64,000 nt of DNA from Macrostomum lignano (Eukaryota). Made by a program: the position numbers and the translations under genes. The notes beneath the pieces were generated by a model. It searched no databases, had not been told where the DNA came from, and saw only the letters and a list, made by a program, of their open reading frames with translations. The stretch is taken from contig NIVC01003933.1 in assembly GCA_002269645.1 (NCBI GenBank), positions 5,040 through 69,039 on the forward strand, given 5' to 3'. Below are positions 50,274 through 63,900 of this stretch, piece after piece (positions within the stretch are counted from its first letter, which is position 1; the number at the start of each line of letters is the position of its first letter).

Positions 50274-52397
50274 TGTCAAGCTTTGCTAGACAAGTTAGAC
50301 TTACTATTGAACTCTATTGCTTGCCAAAATATGAGACTGTATGAGCACTACGCGGTGAGCTGGACTCATTCTTTAAAAAAACTTTTGATCACACACAAAT
50401 CAACGGGGACAGACAGAAACGGCTTACTATTGGCTGGGAAGGCAATGAAAAATAAACTGGTTTCTCTCTGCAGCGACAGCGAATCGCAGAAGCTGAACAA
50501 AAGCAAATTAAGCAGTTTTCCTCATCAAAAAGACATTAGACTGAATATTCCATGTGACTTATCCCATGTTAACTACGTAAATTATCGGACTATATAAAAG
50601 CAAATTAGCAAACAAATCATCAAAGTTATCAAATGCATAGGATGATAGGCCAGTGAGTAGCCTACCTCATAAAAGCAATATCCAATCAATCTAATCTACT
50701 GCAATCTAATTAAAGCAAGTGTACACCGGTTTCGTTTAGGCAAACAATGGACGAGTGGGAACCCCAGTGAGTAGGAATCAATTGATTACTTTATAGTAAT
50801 TAAATAGCAATCAGCCAAGCGGTACCTGGATCCGAGATACGTCACGTAGGTTAGCTAAAAATTTTGCCTCCCGTCTCTGTGTACACACCAATCAGAAATT
50901 GCCGATTGGAAAGAGAGACCTTGCTGCATATTAGAAACTACTATTGGCGTTGGAAAAATATTCACATCAATAATTACTGAATGCTTTTCTAGTTTACCTT
51001 GACTTAAAAACTAAAATGCTAAATATAGGACTTATATCTGAGTTAATCGACAAGTCAATTATGGGTATAGGCGATATAGATAAAAGTTATGCTAATCAAA
51101 ATATTATATGACAGCCAAAATTCCAGCTAACTTTGACAGCCTAGGAATCAGTTGATTGCCACTGGCCAGATCACGTGACCCCCTTTTTTTTAACACTGGC
51201 TGTAGAGTGGAGTCAATACAGATAAACTGCTACGCTGCTGACAAATTTAATTACCTAATTAGCCTAATTAGTCTTTACTAACGAAGCAAGAATGGCTTGT
51301 TAGAAAAAAATTTTACAACTCACAAGCTCTATGGATTGTTAACGAACATAAATTTATATAAATCATAATTGGTATCGATTTTGGCTATTAATAAAATCAA
51401 CTGCTATAAAACTTAATTTCATAAGAATTTTCAAAAAAATAAATGAAATTCTAACAAAATATAACAAATGGCTAAGTGACAAATACAGAAAACTTAATAG
51501 TTAACCTCTATAATGCGCTTAAAATTGTATAACATATCTGATAAATAAACAAGTCAAATTACTGTTTAAAAATAAGTACAGTATCAAATTGAAGTGAAAG
51601 CCGTGTATTTTAAAACACAACCGCTTCGTTTTTAGTCAGTTATTGGAAAATCAAAGCAATGAAGTCCGCTTGAACAGTCAGTGAAAGAAAAGCTTAACTA
51701 AAGTTAGAGTCAAGTGTCCGAAAGCTACTTGTAGTAGTGATGCTACAATTTTAGTTAAACATAAGTATTATAGCATTTTTTAATTGGAACCGGAGAACAG
51801 AAACGCGTGTTAAAGGTAAGATTTTTACAAACGCATTTGTAAGAATATGACACTTAAAATAATTTAATTGAAGCTACCCGCATATTATATATACTGTTAC
51901 TAAAAAATGTATATTACAATACGATAGACTCATGATAAACAAAATATCATCTCTCTCAAAGAGGACATCAGACTTTAGAGCATGATAATCTAAATATAAA
52001 ATATACATAATAAAAGCTTAATAAGCCACTTCTATAGTTTGTAGTTAGCAAGTAAACTCTTTCATTAATTTTAACTGCTAGGTTTTACCGTATTCCATAT
52101 TAATATGGGATGAATTGGAGAAAATGCGGATTTCATGCGAACTCCGGTCATGCTAAATTTCAAACCTGGATGCCATTCAATTCAAGTTCCAATCTGAGTT
52201 TTATATAACTCATACTTTATTTCAGGTATCAATAATTTTATTTTTTAAATTTTTCAAACCTACTAAGAGGGTAGAACAAAATTGTTGGTTTGAATTGAAT
52301 TTTCACTTTGACATTCTTGAGTTCATACCCAGGATGTTAAATGGCACAGCGATTCTGAACGCTTAACAAAAACCCAGTTGACACATTTAAATGACCC

Positions 52398-52951
52398 TTA
52401 CAGATACTAAAATAGCTAGACTAGATGGGCCACTCAGGTATAAATAATTATTAAAATAAGCTTTCTACTTTCAGTTCAGTAGCAAAGAAGAATACGTAAG
52501 CTATTTTTAAAAAATCAAGGCAGCTGAGATGACTGATAATTCCAGAAGCCCAAAAGCTTGCAGACGCGTAAACAACTTGCTAATTGGTTCAGGCATAATG
52601 TACATTAGCCAGTCCACTGAAATGTACATGGCAGATTTAGGCTGGAATTCCGAGAAAGGCAATAAAAATTTGGGTCGGGGCGGGGCGTAGTGTGGAAAGG
52701 CGCGGTTGGGGTGGGGTTTAAACTGGGGGTAAGAGGCATGCTGAAATGTACATGACTACATGGCAGCTTTAGGCTGGAATTCCGACAAAGGCAAAAAAAA
52801 TTGGCCGGGGCGGGGCGTAGGGTGGAAAAGCGCGGTTAGGGGGGGGGTTTAAACTGGGGGTAAGAGGCAATAAGTGAGCCTTGGCTTTTAAAATATTGAA
52901 CTGAAAGTAGCTTGCACGCAAATGTACAGTGGTCCATCTAGTTGTCTGTGA
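52398..52951. mobile_element. TIR MITE, copy 2 (3' of ARV1) with internal duplication
   Basis: Reverse-complement homolog of 29344-29805. Contains a ~125-bp internal tandem duplication (~52615-52870). Flanked by ATGACCC direct repeats (52391-52397, 52952-52958). Confidence 0.7.
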
Positions 52952-53031
52952 ATGACCCAAGCAAAATAACTTTACCCCTACCCCTGTTTCGCGGTCTCAC
53001 TGCAACATAAATTAAAATAATGTTAAACGAA

Positions 53032-53676
53032 TTAAGCAGCCAAGAAAAACTCGTAGCCCTTAGGTATGAAAGGCGGCGGTCTTGGCTGTGGCGGCAGCCG
53101 AGTGAAGCTGTAACCGCTAGGTCGATACTGCAGCTGGTGCTGCCGCAGGCCGCCAGTGAACATACCAATTGACGGCGTCAGGCCCAACTGTACTCCGTAC
53201 TTAGACAAAACTGCATCAGCTAGCATGGCAACCGTGAATCTGGAGCAATTACAGGCTAGCACAGCCTCTAATAGGCACAGATGCAGGGCCTGGCCAGGTC
53301 GCAGGGCCAACAGGCCAGTCAAGGTGATGCTGAAGCTGAGCAAGAATGACAGCCAGAAGAACAGATCGAAGCCAACAGTGGATCGCCAGGCTAGCAGGGG
53401 CAGCAGCATCGCACGGCAGCAGCCAGCAACTAAAACTAATTTGGCAGTCTTGTGCAGGCTCAGGCTGCCTCGGTTAACGAACTCGTTGGATAAGATGGCT
53501 AAGATCTGGGGGCGGGGCAGGGGCGGAATTACTTTGCAAAAAGGCTTTGATATATACAAGCTGTTTATAAGCTGGGACACTGCGATCAACAGCAAAAACA
53601 GAAACCAAGGCCAAAAAATTTACACGAAGGAAGTTGGAAGCTAATTTATTTGATTGATTAGTATTGTGCCAACGAG

Positions 53677-53726
<50 letters not shown>

Positions 53727-54437
53727 AATAGACAGAAAGACAGACACACAGACACAGAAAGACAGACAGACAGACAGACAGACAGACATAAACTGAGACA
53801 GACAGAAAGACACGAACTGAGACAGACAGACAGACACTAAGACAGACAGACAGACAGAGAGACAGACAGACAGACAGAAAGACAGACAGACAGACAGACA
53901 GACAGAAAGACAGACACACAGACAGACAGACAGACAGACAGACACAGACAGACAGACAGACACAGACAGACAGACATAAACTGAGACAGACAGACAGACA
54001 CTAAGACAGACAGACAGACAGACAGAGAGACAGACAGACAGACAGAAAGACAGACAGACAGACAGACAGACAGAAAGACAGACACACAGACAGACAGACA
54101 GACAGACAGACACAGACAGACAGACAGACACAGACAGACAGACATAAACTGAGACAGACAGACAGACACTAAGACAGACAGACAGACAGACAGAGAGACA
54201 GACAGACAGACAGAAAGACAGACAGACAGACAGACAGACAGAAAGACAGACACACAGACAGACAGACAGACAGACAGAAAGACAGACACACAGACAGACA
54301 GACAGACAGACACAGACAGACAGACAGACACAGACAGACAGACATAAACTGAGACAGACAGACAGACACTAAGACAGACAGACAGACAGAGAGACAGACA
54401 GACAGACAGAAAGACAGACAGACAGAAAGACAGACAC

Positions 54438-54484
<47 letters not shown>

Positions 54485-55135
54485 CAGACAGACAGACATA
54501 AACTGAGACAGACAGAAAGACACGAACTGAGACAGACAGACAGACAGACAGAGAGACAGACAGACAGACAGAAAGACAGACACACAGACAGACAGACAGA
54601 AAGACAGACACAGACAGACAGACAGACACAGACACTACCACAAATCTAAAACGATACGCACACAGATACAAAGCAGACACATCTCACACAAGACAACACA
54701 GACTAATAGGCTCACCATAGAGGCAGTCTGCAAAGTGGACACCAATAGCTTAGCATAGAATTCCATCTCTTTAGCAGCCGAGAACACGGCAGCGGACAGA
54801 TCCGAGTCCAAGTCTCTGGCCTCCAGCCACAAAGCGTAGGCCTCGCAGATGACTAACAGCAGCAGGCCGCGCCACACGGCCCCATGCGCCAGTCGGTGAT
54901 TATGCAACAGATGGCGCATAGCAGCCAGTCTATGCAAAAGTATATCTAAGGCTAGCAACAGGCGATCGCATTCAATATATCGATCAGCTGGTTGACCGCA
55001 TTTGTTACACTTGGCCAATTGCACTACATCTGCGCTGTACTTGGTGTAGAGACTGGAAACAGATGAGCCGCATTCTACACAAATGTAATCATTATAGTTG
55101 GCTTCTTTTGGTTTAGACTCGTTTGAAGACTGCAT
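53032..55135 (-). CDS. ARV1: ARV1-like protein (ER lipid/sterol homeostasis), 2 exons, ~297 aa
   Basis: Exons 55135-54716 and 53505-53032 (ATG|gtgagc ... ccccag|ATC). ARV1 homology domain [18 protein letters not shown]...[16 protein letters not shown]...LDILLHR...RHLLHN followed by hydrophobic helices. The C-terminus is less certain. Confidence 0.88.
53676..54635. repeat. (GACA)n array with recurrent variant blocks (ARV1 intron)
   Basis: Direct inspection. Confidence 0.93.
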
Positions 55136-55869
55136 GGTTGCAGTAGAGACAGGTGCATGTTTGTTCTTTTATAAAGTTCATAATGAATTTGGCTTATTTT
55201 AATGCTAGCATATTTAGAAATCTTTTAAAATTAAAAGCTTGAGAACCACTGCATTAGGGGTCAGCAACATTTTTCCTTTTAAATTTTTAGAACAACAATC
55301 TTTCATTTATTGCAACTACAAAATCAAAATAAAAACAAAAACAAAATCAAAATTATTTTATAGAAGGATAATTAATAAATCAATAAATAGGAAACCAAGA
55401 CATTTTATTTACTATATTTTTTATGATAAATTTTGTTATTTATAAAATTTATTCTATAGTATACCTGTTTTACCTTCAATGCTTATATAATACACATTTA
55501 AAAGGTTGGATCACAACTATACTATATGCTAATGCTAATAGACTAGGAGAGGTCCAATGGATAGACCAAGGGAAATGTTTGATAGATAGACTAGGAGATC
55601 TACTTAATGTGTATTAACAGTCCAAAGACTGGCTTAATTAATAGCAATAGCAATATCAATCCATAGAATGCCCTCAATGTGCCAAGGCCAGATGCTTAGT
55701 TGGCTCTTTTAGAGTATACTAGCAATCCTCGTCCCCCGATGGGGGGCATCTAGATAGAATCTCTGGCTCTCTACAAGTATCAAAAAGACTGCCAAATAAA
55801 GCCTTCACATAGACAATAGAAAAACTGCTCAAATGAAGTGCAATGCAAAAAGAAAACATCCCAGGACAG

Positions 55870-56830
55870 CAAGCAACCCCCCAGATAGCAAGCACCACCA
55901 GATAGCAAGCATCTCCAGATAGCAAGCACCCCCCGATAGCAGGCACCCCAGATAGCAAGCATCCACCTAATAGCAAGCACCCCAAGATAGCAAGCATCCA
56001 CCTAATAGCAAGCACCCTTAGAAAGCAAGCATCCTCAGATAGCAAGCATCCACCTAATAGCAGGCACCCTTAGATAGCAAGCATCCCCAGATAGCAAGCA
56101 CCCCCCGATAGCAGGCACCCCAGATAGCAAGCATCCACCTAATAGCAAGCACCCCAAGATAGCAAGCATCCACCTAATAGCAAGCACCCTTAGAAAGCAA
56201 GCATCCACCTAATAGCAGGCACCCTTAGATAGCAAGCATCCCCAGATAGCAAGCATCTCCAGATAGCAAGCACCCCAGATAGCAAGCATCCACCTAATAG
56301 CAAGCACCCCAAGATAGCAAGCATCCACCTAATGGCAAGCACCCTTAGAAAGCAAGCACCCCCAGATAGCAAGCATCTCCAGATAGCAAGCATCTCCAGA
56401 TAGCAAGCACCCCAGATAGCAAGCATCCACCTAATAGCAAGCACCCCCAGATAGCTAGAACCCCCAAGACAGCAAGCATCCCCCCCAGATAGCACACATA
56501 TCCAGATAGCAAGCACTCCAAGATAGCAGGCACCCCAGATAGCAAGCATCCACCTAATAGCAAGCACCCTTAGATAGCAAGCATCCCCAGATTGCAAGCA
56601 CCCCCAGATAGCAAGCACCCCCAGATAGCACGCATCTCCAGATAGCAAGCACTCCAAGATAGTAGGCACCCTAGATAGCAAGCATCCACCTAAAAGCAAG
56701 CACCCCCAGATAGCTAGAACCCCCAAGATAGCAAGCATCCCCCCAGATAGCAAGCACCCCCAGATAGCAAGCACCCCCAGATAGCAAGCATCCCCAGATA
56801 GCAAGCACCCCCAGATAGCAAGCATCCAAT
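55870..56830. repeat. AGATAGCAAGCA(T/C)CC-type compound minisatellite
   Basis: Direct inspection. Confidence 0.9.
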
Positions 56831-56964
56831 TGATAGCAATTATCTATCTTAAATAGCAAGCATCCACCAGACAATAAGTATCTAGTGCAACAATTTCCTT
56901 AGCTTTATAGTGGCTACTTTATGATTGGCATGACGCTTCTTTTTACGTTTGTAATTGTCTCCAT

Positions 56965-57365
56965 TATGACATGGTGGCTCTTTTATGTTTGACATGGTGG
57001 CTTTTTAATGTTTGACCTGGTGGCACTTTAATGTCTGCAATGATGGCTCTTTAATGTCTGACATGGAGTCACTTATACACTTGACATGGTGGCTCTTTAA
57101 TGTTTGACATGGTGGCTCTTTAATGTCTATAATGATGGCTTTTTAGTGTTTACCATGGTGGCTCTTTAATGTTCGACATGATGGCTCTTTAATGTTCGAC
57201 ATGGTGGCTCTTTAATGTTCGACATGGTGGCTCTTTAATGTTTGACATGGTGGCTCTTTCATCTTTGACACGGTGGCTCTTTAATGTTAGACATGGAGTC
57301 ACATATATGTTTGACATGGTGGCCTTTAATGTTTGAAATGGTGCCACTTTTGTTTGACATTGTGC
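56965..57365. repeat. 23-bp degenerate repeat GGTGGCTCTTTAATGTTTGACAT
   Basis: Direct inspection. Confidence 0.85.
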
Positions 57366-58016
57366 TTCTTTTATGTTTAGCATTTTGTGTTTTTAAGGTT
57401 TTTGAATAAAAAAATATTTTTGCACTACTAAGATTTGAATTGAGGTTGCTGAATTAGCAGTCCAGTCTGTTTGCATCTAGGCTATCTCTTGTCGATTGGA
57501 GAATATGAATTGTGGCCCTTATAATTCAATTCTTATAGCAAATCGGTTAGAGTAAAAAGTTATGACATAATCAATTTCTCAGTCAGCCAGTATCAGTCTC
57601 AATTTAAGTTAGCAATATGGTTACGCAATTTCATTCAAGTCGTGTGTGCATTTCTTCGGCACTGTTTTCAACTTGCTGTGATGCAATCTTTATCAGAATT
57701 GAAATTCAGTCAGTCAGTTTTTTCTCTAGCATTCTTACAATGCATTTCAGGTCGAAAGAGCTGCTTGACCTTTGCAGAAAATCATGTTTTTCGAATATTT
57801 AATCCCTTTAATATTGATCGATTTCTTAGCCAAGATGCATGCACCATCCCAGGAAAATTTTGATTGAATGGTGCAAGTTTGAAGAGAATCAGTTGAGCCA
57901 TTCTCGAAAAATCAATTACACGCACGCACGCACGCACAAATACAGCGCAAAATTAGTATATAGAAGACTAAATAGTAGTACATAGATAGGACTTTCAATG
58001 TCATGCATTATTTATC

Positions 58017-58910
58017 CAACCCTACAACATCCATGGCTTTATTTTTAGGCCAGATGGGACATTGAAGCAGGAGCCCTTAATATTTGTATTGATGTCTAAG
58101 TGCCCTTGCTAGGACTATCAACAGTTCTCCAAACTGTGTAGACTGATACTACAATACAGGTAATTACATGTACTAATATACTAACAAAAGTACTTATACT
58201 AGTATTGACTATTTTAAGCATGTAATGTCTATCCAATGTTCATTTTATTGCTTACTATACCCCAAACAACAATATCCTTTCAATATAGACTGCTTGGATT
58301 TGTATTTGACTTTGAGGCAGCTATGTGAATAGCACTTCCTACAATCCATGTGGCATTGTGGCCTCATATGCAATAGCAGGAATGTAACTTCCACTTTACT
58401 CAAGTTACATAGTGACATGTGCAAGCCCTTGGTCTCCAAAAGGCTTACATCAAAAACCTACAAACTTGGACTTTCTGCAGAAATCTAATGGTGCTAGCAA
58501 AGCAATTCTTCTAGCTAATGAAATATGATGGCAGTTTAAGCAACTTTGCATCCTTGCCAGCACATAATGCCTATTCAGTCACTCTTGGATTAGCTATGCT
58601 TTTAGTTATATATACCATTAACAAAATTTTGAAATTGTATTATAATCAAAATTTCTGTCAAAATTGGGTAAACATATGCATTTGTATAATTTAATTTAAG
58701 GACACATGGTTAAATAAGACCATCTGCAGCAATAACAAAATATTTATTTATGACTGTTCTATCAAAACTAACAATGTAGAAGGTAAGCATAAATTGATCA
58801 ACTACTAGGCTTAGCAAGGCAACCTTAAATTTTGTTCTCATCTGACTTTTGTGCAAGGAAGGGCAATTTACCACCATTGATACTCCATTTATTGCATTGC
58901 ATAGGGATAG
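58017..58910 (+). pseudogene. Decayed MULE (Mutator-like) transposase
   Basis: Manual translation: YNIHGFIFRPDGTLKQEPLIFVLMS; FVFDFEAAM*...ECNFHFTQVT**HVQALGLQKAY; TNNVEG; KGNLPPLILHLLH. These match the MULE DFE, CxFH and TNN.EG motifs, with multiple stops. Confidence 0.7.
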
Positions 58911-59684
58911 TTGCAATAGTTCAAGTACAAAGCATTGTAAAAGTGCAACTACATTTTTATAGATCTGTGGTAAGAATACTACTTGGATATGTGCTAAACT
59001 GAGAGCTTGTTAGAGAAATGTAGTCACTTAAATTCACTCTAAATTTGTGATACATTTATGATGATAATGAATAGATTATCATCAATTAAATTTTACTTAA
59101 CTTCTTAGTGCAATGGCATTTAATTTTATTCAGCAATTTTATTTGCTAAATGTGTTATTTTTTTCTTGTTTTATTAAGTCACCCATTTATTAATTTGTTA
59201 CTTACTCATACTAAACCTGCCTATAAACTATAAGTAGCACATAAATTAATTGTAACAATTGTTTAACAAAATGGCTAGCTTTTGACAAAATGGTCAATGC
59301 AAAAGTCTTTTTGTGCCATTATTGACTTATGCTAAAAATTGCCTTTGCCAAAGTGGGTTGAATCCAAAATGATACTAATAGCATTTTATATGGCAATACA
59401 AAAAAGTCTGGATAGGCTTCTTGTTATTAAATACACTATATATGCCTATGGCATATGACTCCTTAGGACTTTTATTGTATAGTAAAATTTTCTTCAAAAA
59501 TATAAGGTGTTGAAGAAGTTTCCAAACTACATGAAACAGCTTGTTTAGGTCTGCACACAATGCACTTAACTAAAATATGTATATATCCCAAGCTTACTCA
59601 CCAAATATAAAGGCTCCATTTTTAACCTTGCTAATCTGAATCTTATTTCAGTCACCTATCCCCCCATTATCAAACCTATCTAAA

Positions 59685-60741
59685 ATGGAACTGTTGCATA
59701 CTTATTAGAAAGCAATGATTTACTATGATTACAAGTGAGCTGACAGTCAGAGAGCTTGGAAAAGCTTCATCAGGCCTTGGGCAACATTGCACCTTCCAGA
59801 ACAACAATTTTTTACTAGTTTGCCAAATTTCATTGGGGTTGGCTGTTGCTTGAAGATGAAGCTCAAGGGGGACAACCTCCAAGCTTGACAACCAATGAAA
59901 ATGTTGCTGCAGTACAAGCATTGGTTGAAGAAGATCTGCAAATGACAGTCCAGCAACTAGCCATAGCTATTGGCATTTTATCCCAGAGCAGCTCTATAAT
60001 TCTGTATGAAAGGCTTAGGCTAAGCAAGGTATCCACCTGCTGGGTACCCCACCACCTGACCCAGGAGCAAAAGCAAGCCTAGGTCAATTGGGGATAAGCC
60101 ATGCTCAACATATTTGACAGTGGGACATCAACAAGCACTTGGGAGATCATCACTGGTGATGAAACCTAGGTATACAGTTTTGACCCCAAAAGCAGGCAGT
60201 AGTTGACTCAGTGGACCCCAGTTAGCAGCCCATTGCCCCCAAAGCTAGTGTAGTCCCAAAGTGTCACCAAGCAGATAGTTGCTACTTTTGTGGCTTGTAG
60301 CAGTCCTGTGGCCATGATCATGCAGGTAACACAGTGGACAATGACTGTCAAATGGTATTTTACTGAATATATACCACATGTGCTACAGTCCATTAACAAG
60401 AAGTGTCAAAGGACTTGAACTTGCAGCCTGTTGTTCTATTAGGACAGGACAATGTCCTAGCCCACACTGTGTAACAAACAATGGAGTTTATAGAGCAGAA
60501 CCATATCCAGCTACTTCAACATCTACCTTACAGTCTAGACTTGGCCCTATGCAACTTCTTTGTGTTCCCTTGGGTCAAGCGCCTGCTCAAAGGAGTTTGG
60601 TTTGAATTGTTAGAGTTGGCTATCAAGGCCTTCCGCAGTCACCTATATAACATCCCTTGGTCCAAATGGACTGGCTGCTTTTCTACTTAGTTTGAGAAGA
60701 TAAGGAAATGCATCAAAGCTGCTAGGGAGTATTTTGAAAAG
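59685..60741 (+). pseudogene. Decayed Tc1/mariner (DD34D-type) transposase
   Basis: AMIYYDYK; LEDEAQGGQPPS; KVSTCWVPHHLTQEQK; ITGDET*; QDNVLAH; HLPYSLDLALCNFFVFP; EYFEK. Stops and frameshifts throughout; TIRs not resolved. Confidence 0.88.
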
Positions 60742-60799
60742 ACCCAGACATGCCCAACTTCAAAATTTCACCCATCTAGTGCAACTTAGTTTTGTCCAG

Positions 60800-60915
60800 A
60801 TTTGCAACTTAGTTCCTCCCAATTGCAACTTAGTTCCTCCCAATTGCAACTTAGTTCTTCCAAATTACAACTTAGTTCCTTTCAATTGCAACTTAGTTCC
60901 CCTGATTGCAACTTA
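60800..60915. repeat. 21-bp repeat CAATTGCAACTTAGTTCCTCC
   Basis: About 5 copies at the 3' end of the mariner relic. Confidence 0.8.
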
Positions 60916-63900
60916 ATTTTCACTTTGTATATGTATTTCACTTTTCTTGCCTTTTTCACTTTTCTTTTCTTTCTTTTTCTTTCTCCTCTTTCCCCTCTCC
61001 CTTCTCTTTCCTTTCTTTTCATTTCCCTTCTTCTTCTTTCTTCCCCAAATTTTTCATTTTTCGCATTTTTGATTTTGCCACTTACCTTGGCCAATGGCCA
61101 TTTTACCCATCTAGTTCAGATGGGTTAGACAAGTGTTATATTCAATATGTATGACTTATAGACTTACTCTATAAAGAATTGAACTTTTTAAATAGTGAAC
61201 CTAGTAGACCCAACGATCCACTTTAATATCATTAAGGCCAAGGGTATGTGAGCTCATATGAAGGCTAAATTTTGTCAAATGTATGGTCTATCCAAGGGAC
61301 TATTTGAGTATTATCTATTATCTATAGGAGTATTTCTTCCCACCTAAAAAAGACCTACAGGAACTTCTTAGATTGGTTACTATATTATTATCTATTGAAA
61401 TTTAAGACTAACAAACCTAGACACTTTGTTATATAGGATGTAGCACTTTCGATTTGTGTAAAAATAGTTGAAGGCCGATTTTTGTTCTTGTATACATTAG
61501 TGAAATAGAGGAATTGCATGATTTTCAACATAATATGCTGTTTGCAGAAGCCTAGGGCTATTAATTTCTGAAATTTTGCAGTATGTTACCAAAAAAACTT
61601 AGCTAAATTATATTATTTTGTGGTTTAGTCATATTTTTTGGTTATTTACCATTTTTTATATTACTTATGACTAGTAGGCTGGCTAGGTAGGCCTATGACT
61701 AAGGACAAATGTTTATTGACTGGAAACCTAGTAGTAAATACTTCATAGGTCTAGACCTATTTGATTTCTAGCTAGGCTAGTCATAACCCAAACTGCCTTA
61801 ACTAACTTCTTTTTTATTGATCACATACCTGCAAAGTATAAGTAGGTGTATTTATTGAAACTTTAGGCCTATTGTAACTTTGAAACTTAAAAAATTTAGT
61901 GTTTTTGATTCCACGCCAGGGTTTTGGGACATAGGCAATCAATGACAATGACCCTAGGCCTAGAATAATAATTAGGGCCTAAAATAAAACTTTATTTGTT
62001 TTGAGAAGTTTTTAAATAAGATTGTTTTTATTTAATTTTGGGTTCTTTTATTTTTTCTCTTAGTATTTAGCAATTTTTTCCTGGGTTTATGCTTTAGCTA
62101 TGTGATAAATATGTATATATTATCTTGACTTTCAAAATTGCAACTTCAAGTTAGACCTTGGATGCAATTTAGTATCTTAGTATTAGGCTTAGCAAAAAAA
62201 TATTGGCTAAGATATCTTTAAGCTATAGTATCCTTATTGTACAATATCTTTTTTAATTGCATTTTGAACTTGAACCTTAGATACAATTTCATATTGCATC
62301 CTAGACCTAGACCTAGTATAGTGCTAGCAAAAAAGTAAAAAAACCTAGGTTATTATTTTTTTTATTTTGTTTCCCAATGATTTTTATACTCTACATGGTC
62401 TGGTACTATTACTGCACTACCAGTTATACAGTCAAGAACACATTCTGATTATATACACTTCAGGGTTGGAAAACTGTTACCTCAAGGGCTTGATAAAGAA
62501 TCTAGCTCTGATGATAGGCTAGAAGAGGAGAAAAGAAAGAAAAAAAGTGAGATAAAAAAAGGAAGTGAAAGAATAATTGGAAAGATAGTTGGGATAAATT
62601 GAAGATAGAAGAAAAAAGGAAAAGGATAAAAGAAAAGTGAAAGGAGGAAGGAGAGGATAAAAGAATCTTTATGTCCCTGTGGTACAAATTTTCCAGGGAA
62701 TTGACATCTCTAGATTTAGGCCCTACTTGATAGCAGTCATATATATACTTATAATTTTTAAATAATCAACTTATTGAGATCTTAAAAATGTTTATAAGCA
62801 AACTATTTAAATAAATTAAGTTAGAATTTTATAATTAAAGGTTGAGTAGTTCAGTAGTACTTGTCTGAAATTATTAGGGCCTATAATATATACAATATTT
62901 TTATTATATACAGAGAATGATAAAGCTCAAGTCAGTATTAATCACATAGTTCATTTTTTCATTTTTAACTTTATTTCATTGCAGACTAGTTGTCAGGCTA
63001 ATGAAGTTTTGTTTGCCAAGATATACAAGCAACTATACTACTGGTAATATCTGGCTAGGATGGAATTTAATTATAACTTGAGGCCCAGGTGCACACTTTT
63101 CTTCATGCTCCTGTGATACTCTTGGATATCCAGAACTGAGATATCCAAGTCAGGTCCTGCAGCTTTTACAGGTGACTGTGGTGACAGACCAGCTAATTCT
63201 AATGCTTCCTAAACTTTATTTTGATGTTTAGAGTGACAAGATTTATCAGCATATACATGTACCATTTGTACACATGATCCCAACACTGCATTTCATTTTC
63301 ATTTACATTTCATTTTCTTTGCTTAGTACTGTTTTATCACTTTGCAACACTGTTGGACACAACAATAAAATTTCTTCAATATAGTTTATCATACCTCATC
63401 AATTTTGTGCCAGACAGACTGCTGTTTATAATTTGAGCTATAAGCAAATAAACTTGACAAGTCTGCTTGTTTGCTAAATTCTGCTGCCACTCGCAAGCCA
63501 CTTCAATTTACAAGATTATAGAGAACAAAATGTTAAAACAGGAGTCTGCTTTGTGATGTTTTGCTTTTTCTTCTCACTCCTTTTTTCTGACTAGCCATCT
63601 TGTGAGAAAGATTTTAAAGGATATAGACCAAAGTATGCGGGTTCTGTATATGATCTCCAGACTCTGATATATTTTCAGAAATGTCACTAATGACACTAAG
63701 AGTATATTCACAAAAAATGTGCTCAAGATTTTTGGCTACTTTATTAATTTTGCTTCCTAAACTTGAAGATTTGAATCATTACCATATGCCTAAAAATAGG
63801 GTGTCTCCATTGTACAGGATTTTCTTGCATCTACATCTAGTGGGAAGCTAAACTAACTGACTTACTTGGTAGGGGACAAAAATCTAAACAATCTGTCAAA

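Noticed and set aside
53474-54585. Cys/Leu-rich ORFs
   Set aside because: A (GACA)n array inside the ARV1 intron.
61108-61126. CCCATCT-AGTTC-AGATGGG hairpin resembling the MITE TIR or a Helitron end
   Set aside because: Only ~10 bp of similarity, and no CTRR terminus follows.
62900-63760. Broken coding-like stretches on the minus strand (e.g. EALELAGLSPQSPVKAAG)
   Set aside because: Multiple stops and no identifiable family; possibly a decayed TE but unsupported.
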